A DNA stretch of 64,000 bases from Candidatus Gottesmanbacteria bacterium (GTDB taxonomy: Bacteria; Patescibacteriota; Microgenomatia; UBA10105; UBA927). The translations under genes and the position numbers were made by a program. Location: the NCBI GenBank assembly GCA_963790805.1, contig CAWBPL010000002.1:1148860-1212859 (forward strand), given 5' to 3'. Below are positions 17,161-26,891 of this stretch, one piece after another (position 1 is the stretch's first letter; the number at the start of each line of letters is the position of its first letter). The notes beneath the pieces were generated by a model. That model made no database searches. It was not told the DNA's origin and saw only the letters and a list, made by a program, of their open reading frames with translations.

Positions 17161-17960
17161 TGAAATTCTTTATTCTCGCCGGCTTTGCATGTCTCATGGT
17201 TTTCGTAGCTACACTTTTTTTCTGGCACAGACAAACTCCTACATCAGGCGCGCATGTACAGAAAATAGCAATTTCTCCAACATCAATCGACACGCGGCGC
17301 ATTCATTCACCTAAAACAATTCTCTTTCATAACCAACTTTATGCCTATTCAACCTTTCAGACAGATGCTTCGCATGTTTCATTAATACCAAACTATAGCG
17401 ATAGAAAAGACAGCGCCGCTATTATGAGCGCTTCCAATTGTGATCAGGCAATAAACGGCGGTTTTTACGATGCTTCTAATAAACCACTTGGACTACTAGA
17501 GATTGAGGGAAACGTCATCCAACCAAAAATCATAAGCAGCCTCGTGAACGGATTTTTCTCTATAAGTAGAGAGAATGTTGTTTCCATTGGTGAACAAGTA
17601 CCGGACTCGGATATGCGCATCGCCCTCCAAACCGGACCAATCCTGATTGCTGAAGAAAAACCGCTGGAGTTAAACATTCTCAACGATGAATATGCACGAA
17701 GAATGGTCGCCGCCGTTACATCGGACCAAAAAATACTGTTTATAACCATATACAAAGACGACTCGACGTTTTACGGACCGTTACTTTCTCAGGTACCCCA
17801 AATACTCGCCGCCATAGCGAAAATTGAGCTGTTACCAATAGTCTATGCCATCAATCTGGACGGAGGAAGTGCCTCCGTATTTAACAATAAAACGGTTAAA
17901 CTCGGGGAATTAACGCCAATCGGCAGCCTCTTTTGCGTTTCTGCAAAGGGAGTACAATAA
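17160..17960 (+). CDS. Phosphodiester glycosidase family protein (DUF2233/NAGPA-like)
   Basis: N-terminal TM helix, AINGGFYD and NLDGGSAS motifs. GTG start abuts the previous stop. Confidence 0.65.
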   Translation: MKFFILAGFACLMVFVATLFFWHRQTPTSGAHVQKIAISPTSIDTRRIHSPKTILFHNQLYAYSTFQTDASHVSLIPNYSDRKDSAAIMSASNCDQAINGGFYDASNKPLGLLEIEGNVIQPKIISSLVNGFFSISRENVVSIGEQVPDSDMRIALQTGPILIAEEKPLELNILNDEYARRMVAAVTSDQKILFITIYKDDSTFYGPLLSQVPQILAAIAKIELLPIVYAINLDGGSASVFNNKTVKLGELTPIGSLFCVSAKGVQ

Positions 17961-17968
17961 AAGAATCC

Positions 17969-20533
17969 ATGAAACTGCCAAGTGGTATAACTTCTCAGGA
18001 AGCGGCCGTTCGATTTGCCGAGTTTGGGCCGAATGAAATTATCAGGACTTCTGGGCACTCTTCTATTTCCCTTTTTATAAATCAGCTTAATAACCCTCTT
18101 ATTATTATTTTATTCATCGCAACGATCATTTCACTCGCGGCTGGCGATACGCTTGAAGGAACACTCATCATCGCCATTGTGCTTCTAAACGCATGTTTAG
18201 GGTTTTATCAGGAACATCGCGCAGAAAAGGCACTCGAGGCTCTTCAAAAAATAACAAGCTCTACCGTTCGGGTCGCAAGAGACGGGCATGAGATGGAAAT
18301 AGACAGCAAACTCCTCGTCCCCGGTGATCTTATAATTCTGGAAGAGGGTTCCAAAATTCCGGCTGATGCGACACTCACTTTAGGTATTCATCTTGAAGTC
18401 GATGAGTCAATATTGACCGGTGAGTCTCTTCCAATCGAAAAAAGTACGTCAGATCCACACGAGCACTTATTGTTTTTTGGCACAACAGTCGTACGCGGGC
18501 GCGCTTCTGCAGTTGTAAGCGCTACAGGCATGAATACTCGTTTTGGGAAAATTGCAGAAAAACTTTCATTTATAAAAAAGGGGCAAACCGCGCTCGAGAA
18601 AAGGCTTACGACGGTAGCTAAACAATTGGGAGCTACTGCGCTCGTTGTCGGCATTATTATGATCGCAATCGGACTTTTTAAAGGTGTTTCTGTCCTGACG
18701 CTGCTTCTTACCTCAATTAGTTTAGCAGTTGCCGCTGTACCGGAAGGTTTACCTGCCGTCATCACGATAACGCTCGCCGTAGGAACCCAACGGATGGCGA
18801 AAAAGAAAGCAATATTGCGAAAGCTTACGGCGATTGAGGCGCTGGGTGGCGTAAGCGTCATTGCAACGGATAAAACCGGCACGCTGACAAAAAATGAAAT
18901 GCGCGCCACGCACGTGTGGGTAGAAAATGCAAACGAATCGATTCACAACCCAATAATACGCTCAGATAATCCCTGTATACGCGCCCTTACTACCGCGGGC
19001 GTTCTTTGTAATAATGCGAGTCTTGCGCCAATTGAGGGTCCTGGATCGTTTGATGTCATCGGCGATAAAACGGAGGGAGCACTTCTGCTTTTTTCGGAAC
19101 ACGTGGGAATTCATTATCAAACGGTTAAAGAAAATGGCACTCTTTTGGAAGAATTCGCGTTTGATTCCTTTACCAAAACCATGTCAGTCGTCTGGAAACG
19201 CCAAAGCGAAACGAATGTATATACAAAAGGCGCTCCAGAGGTGATTCTTTCACGAAGTTCCCGCATTCTTTCACCCCAAGGCGAAAAAATACTCGATGGA
19301 CACACGAAAAAACGAATTACCGATGCGTTTGAGTCGTATGCCCGCCAAGGACTTCGCATGATCGCTCTTGCATCGAAAAAAATTACGTGGTCAGAAGGCA
19401 AAAATCGCGACAGCATCGAATCCGCGCTGACATTTATAGGTTTCGTGGGAATCTCTGATCCTCCGAGACCGGAAGTAGCCGAAGCCATTCAAATTGCAAA
19501 ACGCGCCGGCATTCAAACCATTATGATAACGGGAGACAATGAATTAACGGCTCAGGCGATCGCAAAACAAATTCGACTCGTCGAAGAGGGCGATGAAATA
19601 ATAACCGGTTCGCAATTCGCATCTCTCACGAATGAATACCGGTTGGAGCGGCTCCCGCATATTAAAGTATTTGCGCGTACGACACCAGAACAAAAGCTCG
19701 AAATCGTAAAACTTTTACAACAACTCGGCCACGTGGTTGCGGTAACAGGCGATGGCGTCAATGACGCACTCGCCTTAAAACAGGCAAACGTTGGCGTTGC
19801 GATGGGAATAACCGGCACCGATGTCGCCAAGGAAGCAGCGGATATGATACTGATCGATGACAATTACGCAACGCTTGTCGCCGCTATCGAACAGGGCAGA
19901 ATCATTTATGAAAATATGAAAGCATCGATCAAATACCTTATTGGAAGTAATATCGGAGAAATACTTTCTCTTCTTGCGGGCACTCTTTTGGGCTGGCCGT
20001 TTATCCTTTTACCAATTCAAATTCTCTACATTAACCTGATTACCGACGGACTTCCTGCAATTGCGCTTGCACTTAACACCACACATCACAACATCATGCA
20101 TCATTCACCTCGAAGCGAGCAGGAGTTATTCACTTCATTTGATCTTAGGTGGTTTATTGAAGTAAGCGCGCTCACGGCAGTAAGTACATTATTCGCATTC
20201 TGGATCGGGTGGCAACACAACAATCTTGATATGGCAAGAACGCTTGCGTTCGCCATAATCGCTTTGGCACAGGTATATATTTTTCTTGATGTTATAACGG
20301 GCGATCGGTCAATATTCTCTCTTGGACATATCAAAAACAATTGGATCATTATTCCCATTGCGGCAACGTGCGTCGAAATAGCCATAGCTCACATCCCCCT
20401 CTTTCAAAAAGTCTTTCATATTGTAAACCCCCACCAGAGCCCGCTTCTTATAAGTGTTGCGTTTTGCAGCCTGATGATTGTCATTTCGGAACTGAGAAAA
20501 CGATTTGCCAAACAACACTTTTATCCAACATAA
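17969..20533 (+). CDS. P-type ATPase, Ca2+/cation-transporting (P2 type)
   Basis: TGES, DKTGTLT, TGDGVNDALAL and a 10-TM layout. Start moved to MKLPSGITSQEA. Confidence 0.9.
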   Translation: MKLPSGITSQEAAVRFAEFGPNEIIRTSGHSSISLFINQLNNPLIIILFIATIISLAAGDTLEGTLIIAIVLLNACLGFYQEHRAEKALEALQKITSSTVRVARDGHEMEIDSKLLVPGDLIILEEGSKIPADATLTLGIHLEVDESILTGESLPIEKSTSDPHEHLLFFGTTVVRGRASAVVSATGMNTRFGKIAEKLSFIKKGQTALEKRLTTVAKQLGATALVVGIIMIAIGLFKGVSVLTLLLTSISLAVAAVPEGLPAVITITLAVGTQRMAKKKAILRKLTAIEALGGVSVIATDKTGTLTKNEMRATHVWVENANESIHNPIIRSDNPCIRALTTAGVLCNNASLAPIEGPGSFDVIGDKTEGALLLFSEHVGIHYQTVKENGTLLEEFAFDSFTKTMSVVWKRQSETNVYTKGAPEVILSRSSRILSPQGEKILDGHTKKRITDAFESYARQGLRMIALASKKITWSEGKNRDSIESALTFIGFVGISDPPRPEVAEAIQIAKRAGIQTIMITGDNELTAQAIAKQIRLVEEGDEIITGSQFASLTNEYRLERLPHIKVFARTTPEQKLEIVKLLQQLGHVVAVTGDGVNDALALKQANVGVAMGITGTDVAKEAADMILIDDNYATLVAAIEQGRIIYENMKASIKYLIGSNIGEILSLLAGTLLGWPFILLPIQILYINLITDGLPAIALALNTTHHNIMHHSPRSEQELFTSFDLRWFIEVSALTAVSTLFAFWIGWQHNNLDMARTLAFAIIALAQVYIFLDVITGDRSIFSLGHIKNNWIIIPIAATCVEIAIAHIPLFQKVFHIVNPHQSPLLISVAFCSLMIVISELRKRFAKQHFYPT

Positions 20534-20586
20534 ATCTCGTTTTTTGCTCTTGACGAACAATAGAGAGCTCATGATACGCTTAGTAT

Positions 20587-22518
20587 ATGGTCACGACAAA
20601 GCGATCAAAAGACAACCCGCTATTTTTTCCTACCAAGGATAACAGTTGGGAAGCTGAAGCGGCGTTTAACGGATCAATCATTAAAGAAGGATCTGTGTAT
20701 AGTCTCGTGTACCGCGCGCTCTCTGTCGAACACCTCTATAGCGATAAGCGACTAAAACTTTCAACTATCGGTGTGGCCCAAAGCGGTGACGGAGTCCATT
20801 TCAGAAAAAGGAGACAGCTGATTGCCCCGCAGGAAAAGTGGGAGAAATACGGATGTGAGGACCCAAGAATAACAAAATTTGAAGGGAAGTATTACATTTT
20901 TTATACGGCTTTAGGAAACTGGCCTCCCAATGCCGACGGGATTAAAGTTGGCGTCGGAATTACCGATAATCTGGACCAGCTACAGGAGCGCCACTTGGTC
21001 ACACCGTTTAATGCGAAAGCGATGGCACTATTCCCTGAACGGATAAATGGGAAAATCGCCGTTGTCGTCACTGCAAATACGGATCGGCCTCCGTCAAGAA
21101 TTTGCTTAGCGCTTCTTGACTCGATCGAACAATTATGGGATCAGGAATTTTGGAATTCATGGTATAAAGATCTCGACGCGCACAGAATTCCTATTTTTCA
21201 CACAGATCAGGATCAACTCGAAGTGGGGGCGGCGCCGGTAAAGACGGATGAGGGATGGGTTCTGGTATTTTGCTACATTGAAAATTATTTTGCCAATAAT
21301 CGTGTGTTTCGTATTGACGCTGCTCTTCTGGATCTAACCAACCCGCAAAAACTCGTCGGACAAACACTCGATGCACTGTTGGTTCCGGAAGAACAATATG
21401 AACTGTACGGTATGGTGCCCAATGTCATATTCCCCTCTGGTGCAATGCTTGATGAGGGACAATTTTTTATCTATTACAGCGCGTGCGATACCTCAATCTG
21501 CCGAGCGAGTATTACGTTAAATGATCTTCTGGATGAATTAAAACATAATCCGACAGTCAATCCGCATCATAAACATGCCGAAATGATGGCCCGTTTTGAA
21601 GGAAACCCGATTATATCCCCGATAAAAGAACATACATGGGAATCCAAATATACATTTAACGCGGGAGCGATCTATGCCGGCGATAAAACCCATATTCTCT
21701 ACCGCGCTATGGGAGATGACGATACATCGGTACTCGGGTACGCATCAAGCTCTGACGGATTACACGTCGAAGAACGCCTCAGTGAACCGGTATACGTGCC
21801 GCGCGAGGGATTTGAAATCAAACATCAACCGGGATTTTCCGGATGCGAAGACCCGAGGCTCACGAAAATCGACGATACCATATATATGTGCTATACCGCG
21901 TATGACGGCATTAATCCCCCGCGCATAGGACTTTCAACAATTAAAGTGGATGATTTTGTCGCGCATAACTGGAACTGGACCCGGCCGAAGCTTATTTCGG
22001 CACCCGGCATGGACAATAAGGACAGTTGCATATTACCTGCGAAAATTGACGATAAGTATGTTGTCCTTCACCGTTTACCCCCATGCATTTGGATCGATTT
22101 TGTCAGCGATTTAGACTTTGATGACAATCACTGGCTGGGCGGCCATCCGCTTATGATGCCGCGCGTAAATTCATGGGATAATTTAAAAATCGGTCTTGAC
22201 GGACCGCCGGAGCGAACCGAGGACGGCTGGTTACTTCTCTACCACGGGGTATCCCGCGAAGATACGAAATATCGCATGGGCGCCGCTCTTTTAGATCTTA
22301 AAAGTCCTATGAAAATTCTTGCACGCCTGCATAACCCCATATTGGAGCCTCTCACATGGTATGAAAATAACGGATACCGCGCGGGCACCGTATTTTCCTG
22401 CGGACAGGTTATAAAAGATGATGTTCTGTATATCTACTACGGTGGCGCTGATAAGTATACGGCTGTCGCGACAACCCCGCTGGAAACCATCCTGACGGCT
22501 CTTAAAAAAGGAAAGTAA
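20587..22518 (+). CDS. Tandem (duplicated) GH130-family glycoside phosphorylase/hydrolase
   Basis: Two homologous halves each carrying NP(L/I)...W(E)...FN.G...YRA...GCEDPR(I/L)TK...Y..YTA (residues about 1-320 and 330-643). Confidence 0.8.
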   Translation: MVTTKRSKDNPLFFPTKDNSWEAEAAFNGSIIKEGSVYSLVYRALSVEHLYSDKRLKLSTIGVAQSGDGVHFRKRRQLIAPQEKWEKYGCEDPRITKFEGKYYIFYTALGNWPPNADGIKVGVGITDNLDQLQERHLVTPFNAKAMALFPERINGKIAVVVTANTDRPPSRICLALLDSIEQLWDQEFWNSWYKDLDAHRIPIFHTDQDQLEVGAAPVKTDEGWVLVFCYIENYFANNRVFRIDAALLDLTNPQKLVGQTLDALLVPEEQYELYGMVPNVIFPSGAMLDEGQFFIYYSACDTSICRASITLNDLLDELKHNPTVNPHHKHAEMMARFEGNPIISPIKEHTWESKYTFNAGAIYAGDKTHILYRAMGDDDTSVLGYASSSDGLHVEERLSEPVYVPREGFEIKHQPGFSGCEDPRLTKIDDTIYMCYTAYDGINPPRIGLSTIKVDDFVAHNWNWTRPKLISAPGMDNKDSCILPAKIDDKYVVLHRLPPCIWIDFVSDLDFDDNHWLGGHPLMMPRVNSWDNLKIGLDGPPERTEDGWLLLYHGVSREDTKYRMGAALLDLKSPMKILARLHNPILEPLTWYENNGYRAGTVFSCGQVIKDDVLYIYYGGADKYTAVATTPLETILTALKKGK

Positions 22519-22519
22519 A

Positions 22520-23086
22520 TTACGGTTTAAAAAATATTGAAGCGCTTAAGAGTAAAAATACTCCTGCAGTGTTTAAAAGAAACGATAAAAGCAGGAAATA
22601 CCGAGTTTTAAGTTTCGATATTCCCATAAGGCTCACCCCCAGCTCATCAGGAAGCGGTGAAATGATAATCAGAGCACCGACAACGGGAAGCATCCAATGA
22701 AAATGCTTGGAATGAAGAAGATGACGAAGTTTTTTTCCGCCTAATTGTTTAAAAAGCACGTACATCTCTTTGGCAAGGTCATCGTTTTTAATAAACTGAA
22801 AAATCGTAAAATCTCCAATCATCGCACCCAAACCGGCAAGAAGAGCAAGCACCCACAGAGGCATAGTTTCGGCGAGTATAAAAAGCACGATTGACGCGGG
22901 TGCGATGGTAAACGTGGAAACAAAAAAGCATCCAGCCAAGAGGGCGCCGATGTAATCAAGTTTATTCAAATGCAAAATATATGCATGAAGCCATTCCGTA
23001 CGAAGGATGAGAATCGCAACTGCGATGCCCGCGACAAGGAATGCGGCGTTTCTCAAATTTTGACCGCTGGATATTCTTCTCGCCAT
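22520..23086 (-). CDS. Integral membrane protein (possibly TVP38/DedA-like)
   Basis: 188 aa with 5-6 TM helices. Family assignment is weak. Confidence 0.45.
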   Translation of the reverse strand: MARRISSGQNLRNAAFLVAGIAVAILILRTEWLHAYILHLNKLDYIGALLAGCFFVSTFTIAPASIVLFILAETMPLWVLALLAGLGAMIGDFTIFQFIKNDDLAKEMYVLFKQLGGKKLRHLLHSKHFHWMLPVVGALIIISPLPDELGVSLMGISKLKTRYFLLLSFLLNTAGVFLLLSASIFFKP

Positions 23087-23135
23087 ACTTCAAGCGTATC
23101 AGATCGGTGAATTTAAATGCAATGAGTGAGGCGTT

Positions 23136-24815
23136 TCAGAGTTCTTTGGGCTTTACGCTCGTTTGATCGTACGTTTTCCAGAGCCAAATCAGCGTTTTTG
23201 GCAAATAGTATCGCTTAAGCGGCTCCACATCTTTAAAACAGGTATCATGGGTGTAAAGAAGTTCGCCATCCCTGAGCGATCCGAAATAGAGATAATCTCC
23301 CTGAAAACTGCATAGCCTGACAAAATTAATATTTTTATACGTGAGCATTTTATCATCATAAGTAGAAAGCGTGTGTTGCATTTGGGTAACCGGTAATTTG
23401 TTCCAATACATAAATTCCATATAATCGAACTCAGAAGTCATGCCGAAAGTTATGTGTTTGTAATTCGGTATTTGTTTATATGCTTCAACAAATACATCCT
23501 TATTCACACCGCCCCATGCCTCTCTCCCATACTGCACGTAAAGAAAATGATAGCGGTACAGATAGAGCCCGAACGAACAAATGTAAATAATGCCAAGTGC
23601 CGTAAGAAGTAATTTCTTGCGCAGTATAGACATGCGTGCCATAATCAACTGCTCCATCCCGCACGCTCCTAAAATCGCAAGGGCGAATACCGCAATAAAG
23701 GTTCTCACAGCATATTCCTCATCGGAAATAAGAGATGCAAGAGGCGCGATAACAATAATTCCAGCCAGAAATGCGAGAGCCATAGGTTTCTTTTTTTTGA
23801 TAAGCCAGACAATGCCCGTGACCATAAGAAACGCATCAACGAGATAAATTTGCCCCTGCCCGCCGGTTGAATATCGTAAATCATTATCTCCGAGCGTCAG
23901 AAGATATTGGGGAGAGAAAAAATGCGCGTAATTCGCAAATAATATCCGCGACAGCGAGAGCGGCACATTGCTCGCTATGATACGTACCAAATGCGGCGCA
24001 TCGGATTGAAGTCTTTCTGTATCACTATCCAACTTGGCTCTTGTAATATTGTTGCTGACAAATCCGTTTGAATATGTATCATGGTAATACGCGAATAACA
24101 TAAACCATTGAAATGCGATAACGATCCAAATGCCCAAGGTAAATACAATGACATATTTCATCTTCACCAGTTTTTTTGCAACAGTCAGGAAAAATAGAAT
24201 CGGATAGAGAACTAAAAATACATTTATAGCCTTGTAACTAAACGTCGCCAAAACAAAAAGCACAAAAGACACAATATACCATGCCGGTCGCTTAATCGCC
24301 ATAACCGAGCAATAAATACCAATAAGAACCAAGGAAAAACCAAATACTCCCTCAAAGCCCGTCCGAGAGAGATGGTAATGCCATGGTGAAACGGCAACGA
24401 GAAGTGCGGAAATGAGCCCGATTCGCCGGTTCCCTATTAGCTTGGTCGCAAGGAGTGCGCAAAATACGATACTCGCCGTCGCCAAAACTATATTTGGCAC
24501 ATAGCTGATAACATGGGAGAATCCGAAAATTTTATACACCAGTGCAATCGCATACATCGTCACGGGGCTCACCAGAAATCCTTTGTGAGATGAATACAGT
24601 GGAAAAACACGACCATAAATATCTTTACCGGTTTCAGCAATTGCCCTCGCGTTTGAAAAGTATAAAAGAACATCTGTGGAAATTCCCGGAGGAACGCGAT
24701 TCAGTCCGATGACACGAATAACGAGAGCAAAAAAAGTTATGATGGCAAGGAAAATAACGTACGTCTTAACGGACACCTCTCCATGAATGCCCTTCGGTGG
24801 CGTGTTCATTGGCAC
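23136..24815 (-). CDS. GT39/GT83-like (PMT/ArnT-type) membrane glycosyltransferase
   Basis: 559 aa with at least 10 TM helices, followed by a soluble C-terminal domain, typical of the GT-C fold. Confidence 0.55.
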   Translation of the reverse strand: MPMNTPPKGIHGEVSVKTYVIFLAIITFFALVIRVIGLNRVPPGISTDVLLYFSNARAIAETGKDIYGRVFPLYSSHKGFLVSPVTMYAIALVYKIFGFSHVISYVPNIVLATASIVFCALLATKLIGNRRIGLISALLVAVSPWHYHLSRTGFEGVFGFSLVLIGIYCSVMAIKRPAWYIVSFVLFVLATFSYKAINVFLVLYPILFFLTVAKKLVKMKYVIVFTLGIWIVIAFQWFMLFAYYHDTYSNGFVSNNITRAKLDSDTERLQSDAPHLVRIIASNVPLSLSRILFANYAHFFSPQYLLTLGDNDLRYSTGGQGQIYLVDAFLMVTGIVWLIKKKKPMALAFLAGIIVIAPLASLISDEEYAVRTFIAVFALAILGACGMEQLIMARMSILRKKLLLTALGIIYICSFGLYLYRYHFLYVQYGREAWGGVNKDVFVEAYKQIPNYKHITFGMTSEFDYMEFMYWNKLPVTQMQHTLSTYDDKMLTYKNINFVRLCSFQGDYLYFGSLRDGELLYTHDTCFKDVEPLKRYYLPKTLIWLWKTYDQTSVKPKEL

Positions 24816-24859
24816 CTATCATACTCAATTCTCTCTTTTTGTTCAATGAGCCTAAAATT

Positions 24860-24868
24860 TGATATAAT
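24860..24868 (+). promoter_or_regulatory. Extended -10 promoter upstream of the structured element and tRNA-Lys
   Basis: TGATATAAT, an exact TGnTATAAT, 12 nt before the GGGCCTGTAGC element. Confidence 0.45.
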
Positions 24869-24880
24869 GAAGCAATAGAC

Positions 24881-24947
24881 GGGCCTGTAGCCGCCTTCGA
24901 CGAAGTCGAGAAGTGCCCTTTGGGGCATCAACGGTGTCAGACCTGAA
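24881..24947 (+). ncRNA. Candidate structured RNA / degenerate tRNA copy upstream of tRNA-Lys
   Basis: Begins with CGGGCCTGTAGC, identical to the tRNA-Lys 5' end. Ends CAGACCT, which can pair with its 5' end. Contains two internal hairpins (CTTCGAC-gaa-GTCGAG and GTGCCC-tttg-GGGCAT). No anticodon arm. Confidence 0.3.
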
Positions 24948-24974
24948 AAAATTTTGTTGACATTTTATTTTACC

Positions 24975-25046
24975 GGGCCTGTAGCTCAACGGTAGAGCAG
25001 TAGCCTTTTAAGCTATTGGTTCAGGGTTCGAATCCCTGCGGGCTCA
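24975..25046 (+). tRNA. tRNA-Lys (anticodon UUU)
   Basis: Hand fold: acceptor GGGCCTG/CGGGCTC (two G-U pairs), D arm GCTC-AACGGTA-GAGC, anticodon loop CTTTTAA, T arm CAGGG-TTCGAAT-CCCTG, discriminator A. Confidence 0.85.
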
Positions 25047-25106
25047 CAAAGCACATTTTTAAGGCCAAATAGGCTAACCGATCTTTTTGTCATCAAATTT
25101 CCAAGG

Positions 25107-26228
25107 CTAAATAAGTTCCAGACCCTGCGAGGGGTTAATAGTTTTAATTTCATTGTCAACAGTACTAATGCTTGCCCCATTGGTTTTAAAACTTTTTACC
25201 GTTGCTAAAGTAATTTTAAGTACGTCTCTGGCCTCTTTTTCATTAAGACTTGCTTTTTTGTTAAATAGAATCGAATCGATAAAGTTTTGAGTTGAGTTTA
25301 TAAATGAGTATTTCCAATCCGAGTTGGGGATAATTTCATTATGCCAAATGCCTTTTTCGTCCATCCAATCAATACCTTTTTTGAGCATATTTCCGGTGCA
25401 TCCATATACAAAAATTAAACCATGTTCTAACGTTATTTCTAGTAATTCATCGCAGGTATAGTAATGAGACCTGATTGGCAGACTTGGATAGGTTGAGACA
25501 TTCCAGGTTCCAAACGTATCCTTATGTTTCGTTTCATAAATGACAACACTTGGGACGTCGAGCTGGAGTAGCCCCTTAAGTTTCGCTTTTTGACACCAAA
25601 CTTTGACACTGCTGATAGCAGGTAAAAATAATTGCGCAATACTATGCTTGTGAAAACCGTCATCGAATAACGTGGGAGAAGAATAATTAGCGCTTTCTTT
25701 CATTCTCCAGGCGAGGGATTTAAGAGGGTACGGCCATTCCTTACTGGTTTTATAACTCGCCCACATTCTTTGATTAACGGTTTTTACCTTTCCCAATTTA
25801 CCGCTTTCAATTAATTCTAATGCTCGTTGATATGGTTTATGGAAACGAAAATTTTCAAAAACCCTAAATTTAACGTTATTTTGTTTTACTATTTTCACTA
25901 GCTCGTCATACTCTTTGAGAGTCATGACCGGAACTTTTTGTAAACTTATATGTTTTTTTGCTTTGGCTGCAGCACTAGCTATTTGGAAATGCGCATTATG
26001 AGGAGTGAGAATTTCAACCATGTCTATTTCCGTATTTGACAACATTTCGTGATAATCGGTATAAACGTGTTCAATATGCCAATCGCGCGCAATTCTATTT
26101 ATCTCGTCTTTATGTCGGGAACAAATGGCAGTAAGTTTAGCATTCGGGTTATTTATATAGCCTAATCTATGAAGTGTAGCGATTCTTCCGCAACCTATAA
26201 AACCAACATTTAATTGGTGTTTAGTCAT
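25107..26228 (-). CDS. Gfo/Idh/MocA-family NAD(P)-dependent oxidoreductase
   Basis: N-terminal Rossmann VGFIGCGRIATLH and family-typical length (373 aa). Confidence 0.8.
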   Translation of the reverse strand: MTKHQLNVGFIGCGRIATLHRLGYINNPNAKLTAICSRHKDEINRIARDWHIEHVYTDYHEMLSNTEIDMVEILTPHNAHFQIASAAAKAKKHISLQKVPVMTLKEYDELVKIVKQNNVKFRVFENFRFHKPYQRALELIESGKLGKVKTVNQRMWASYKTSKEWPYPLKSLAWRMKESANYSSPTLFDDGFHKHSIAQLFLPAISSVKVWCQKAKLKGLLQLDVPSVVIYETKHKDTFGTWNVSTYPSLPIRSHYYTCDELLEITLEHGLIFVYGCTGNMLKKGIDWMDEKGIWHNEIIPNSDWKYSFINSTQNFIDSILFNKKASLNEKEARDVLKITLATVKSFKTNGASISTVDNEIKTINPSQGLELI

Positions 26229-26294
26229 AATTAAGAATAATTATATTACCGTTTACTTCTGTAAAACCAAGGTCCTGAAGTTTATAATACGTCT

Positions 26295-26386
26295 TAATCA
26301 GGCTGGCGAACAGGGGTTCCACCGGTGACCCTGTGAACTCACATCAAGGCTGAAATTTAATAAACTCTCTAAGTGGGAGCTTTTTT
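26295..26386 (+). ncRNA. Candidate small RNA or leader (weak)
   Basis: TATAAT at 26283-26288, hairpin ACAGGG...CACCGGTG...CCCTGT at 26310-26334, then CTCTC-taagt-GGGAG followed by T6 at 26365-26386. Confidence 0.2.
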
Positions 26387-26439
26387 GCATCATACCAACT
26401 ATCATTGACGCCATAATTTATCAGGCATATGCTTAATGT

Positions 26440-26706
26440 ATGGCTTCACCAGCACAGATAGTTGCTCTCCTGTTTGTTATCCTTGGACTCTTAGGACTTA
26501 TAAGATGGTGGCGAATGGGGTTTGTGAAAACGAAATATCCAATATGGCCATTTGTTCTGGTAGTCCTGATTGTGTGGGTTATTTTGTTGCTGGTTGCTAA
26601 ATTTTCTGGCAGCCAGTCGCAATTCAATGAGTTTGTCGCAATCTGTAAAGGTTACCTCATAGGAATGCTGGTAATGTATATTGCGACACGCGCTACAAAA
26701 TCTTAA
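26440..26706 (+). CDS. Small membrane protein
   Basis: 88 aa with three hydrophobic helices. Confidence 0.45.
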   Translation: MASPAQIVALLFVILGLLGLIRWWRMGFVKTKYPIWPFVLVVLIVWVILLLVAKFSGSQSQFNEFVAICKGYLIGMLVMYIATRATKS

Positions 26707-26891
26707 CTTTTAAAGACTGTATTAAATAGGCTTAATCCGCACATAAGGTAGTTGATCTCAAATACTCCTCCCCTTATAAAGATCCATTAATTTGTTGCGT
26801 TTCTTTATGAGGTCACAAATACAGAACACTCCGGAGATCCTTACGAACCTACGGTTTGACAAAGAACTAATATTGTAATATATATTACTAA

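Noticed and set aside
24881-24947. tmRNA, suggested by the GGGCCUGUAGCCGCCUUCGACG 5' end resembling the tmRNA 5' consensus (GGGG...UUCGACG)
   Set aside because: The element is only about 67 nt before an A/T-rich spacer. It has no tag-peptide reading frame, no pseudoknot region, no T-arm or CCA-type 3' end, and its acceptor lacks the G3-U70 pair.
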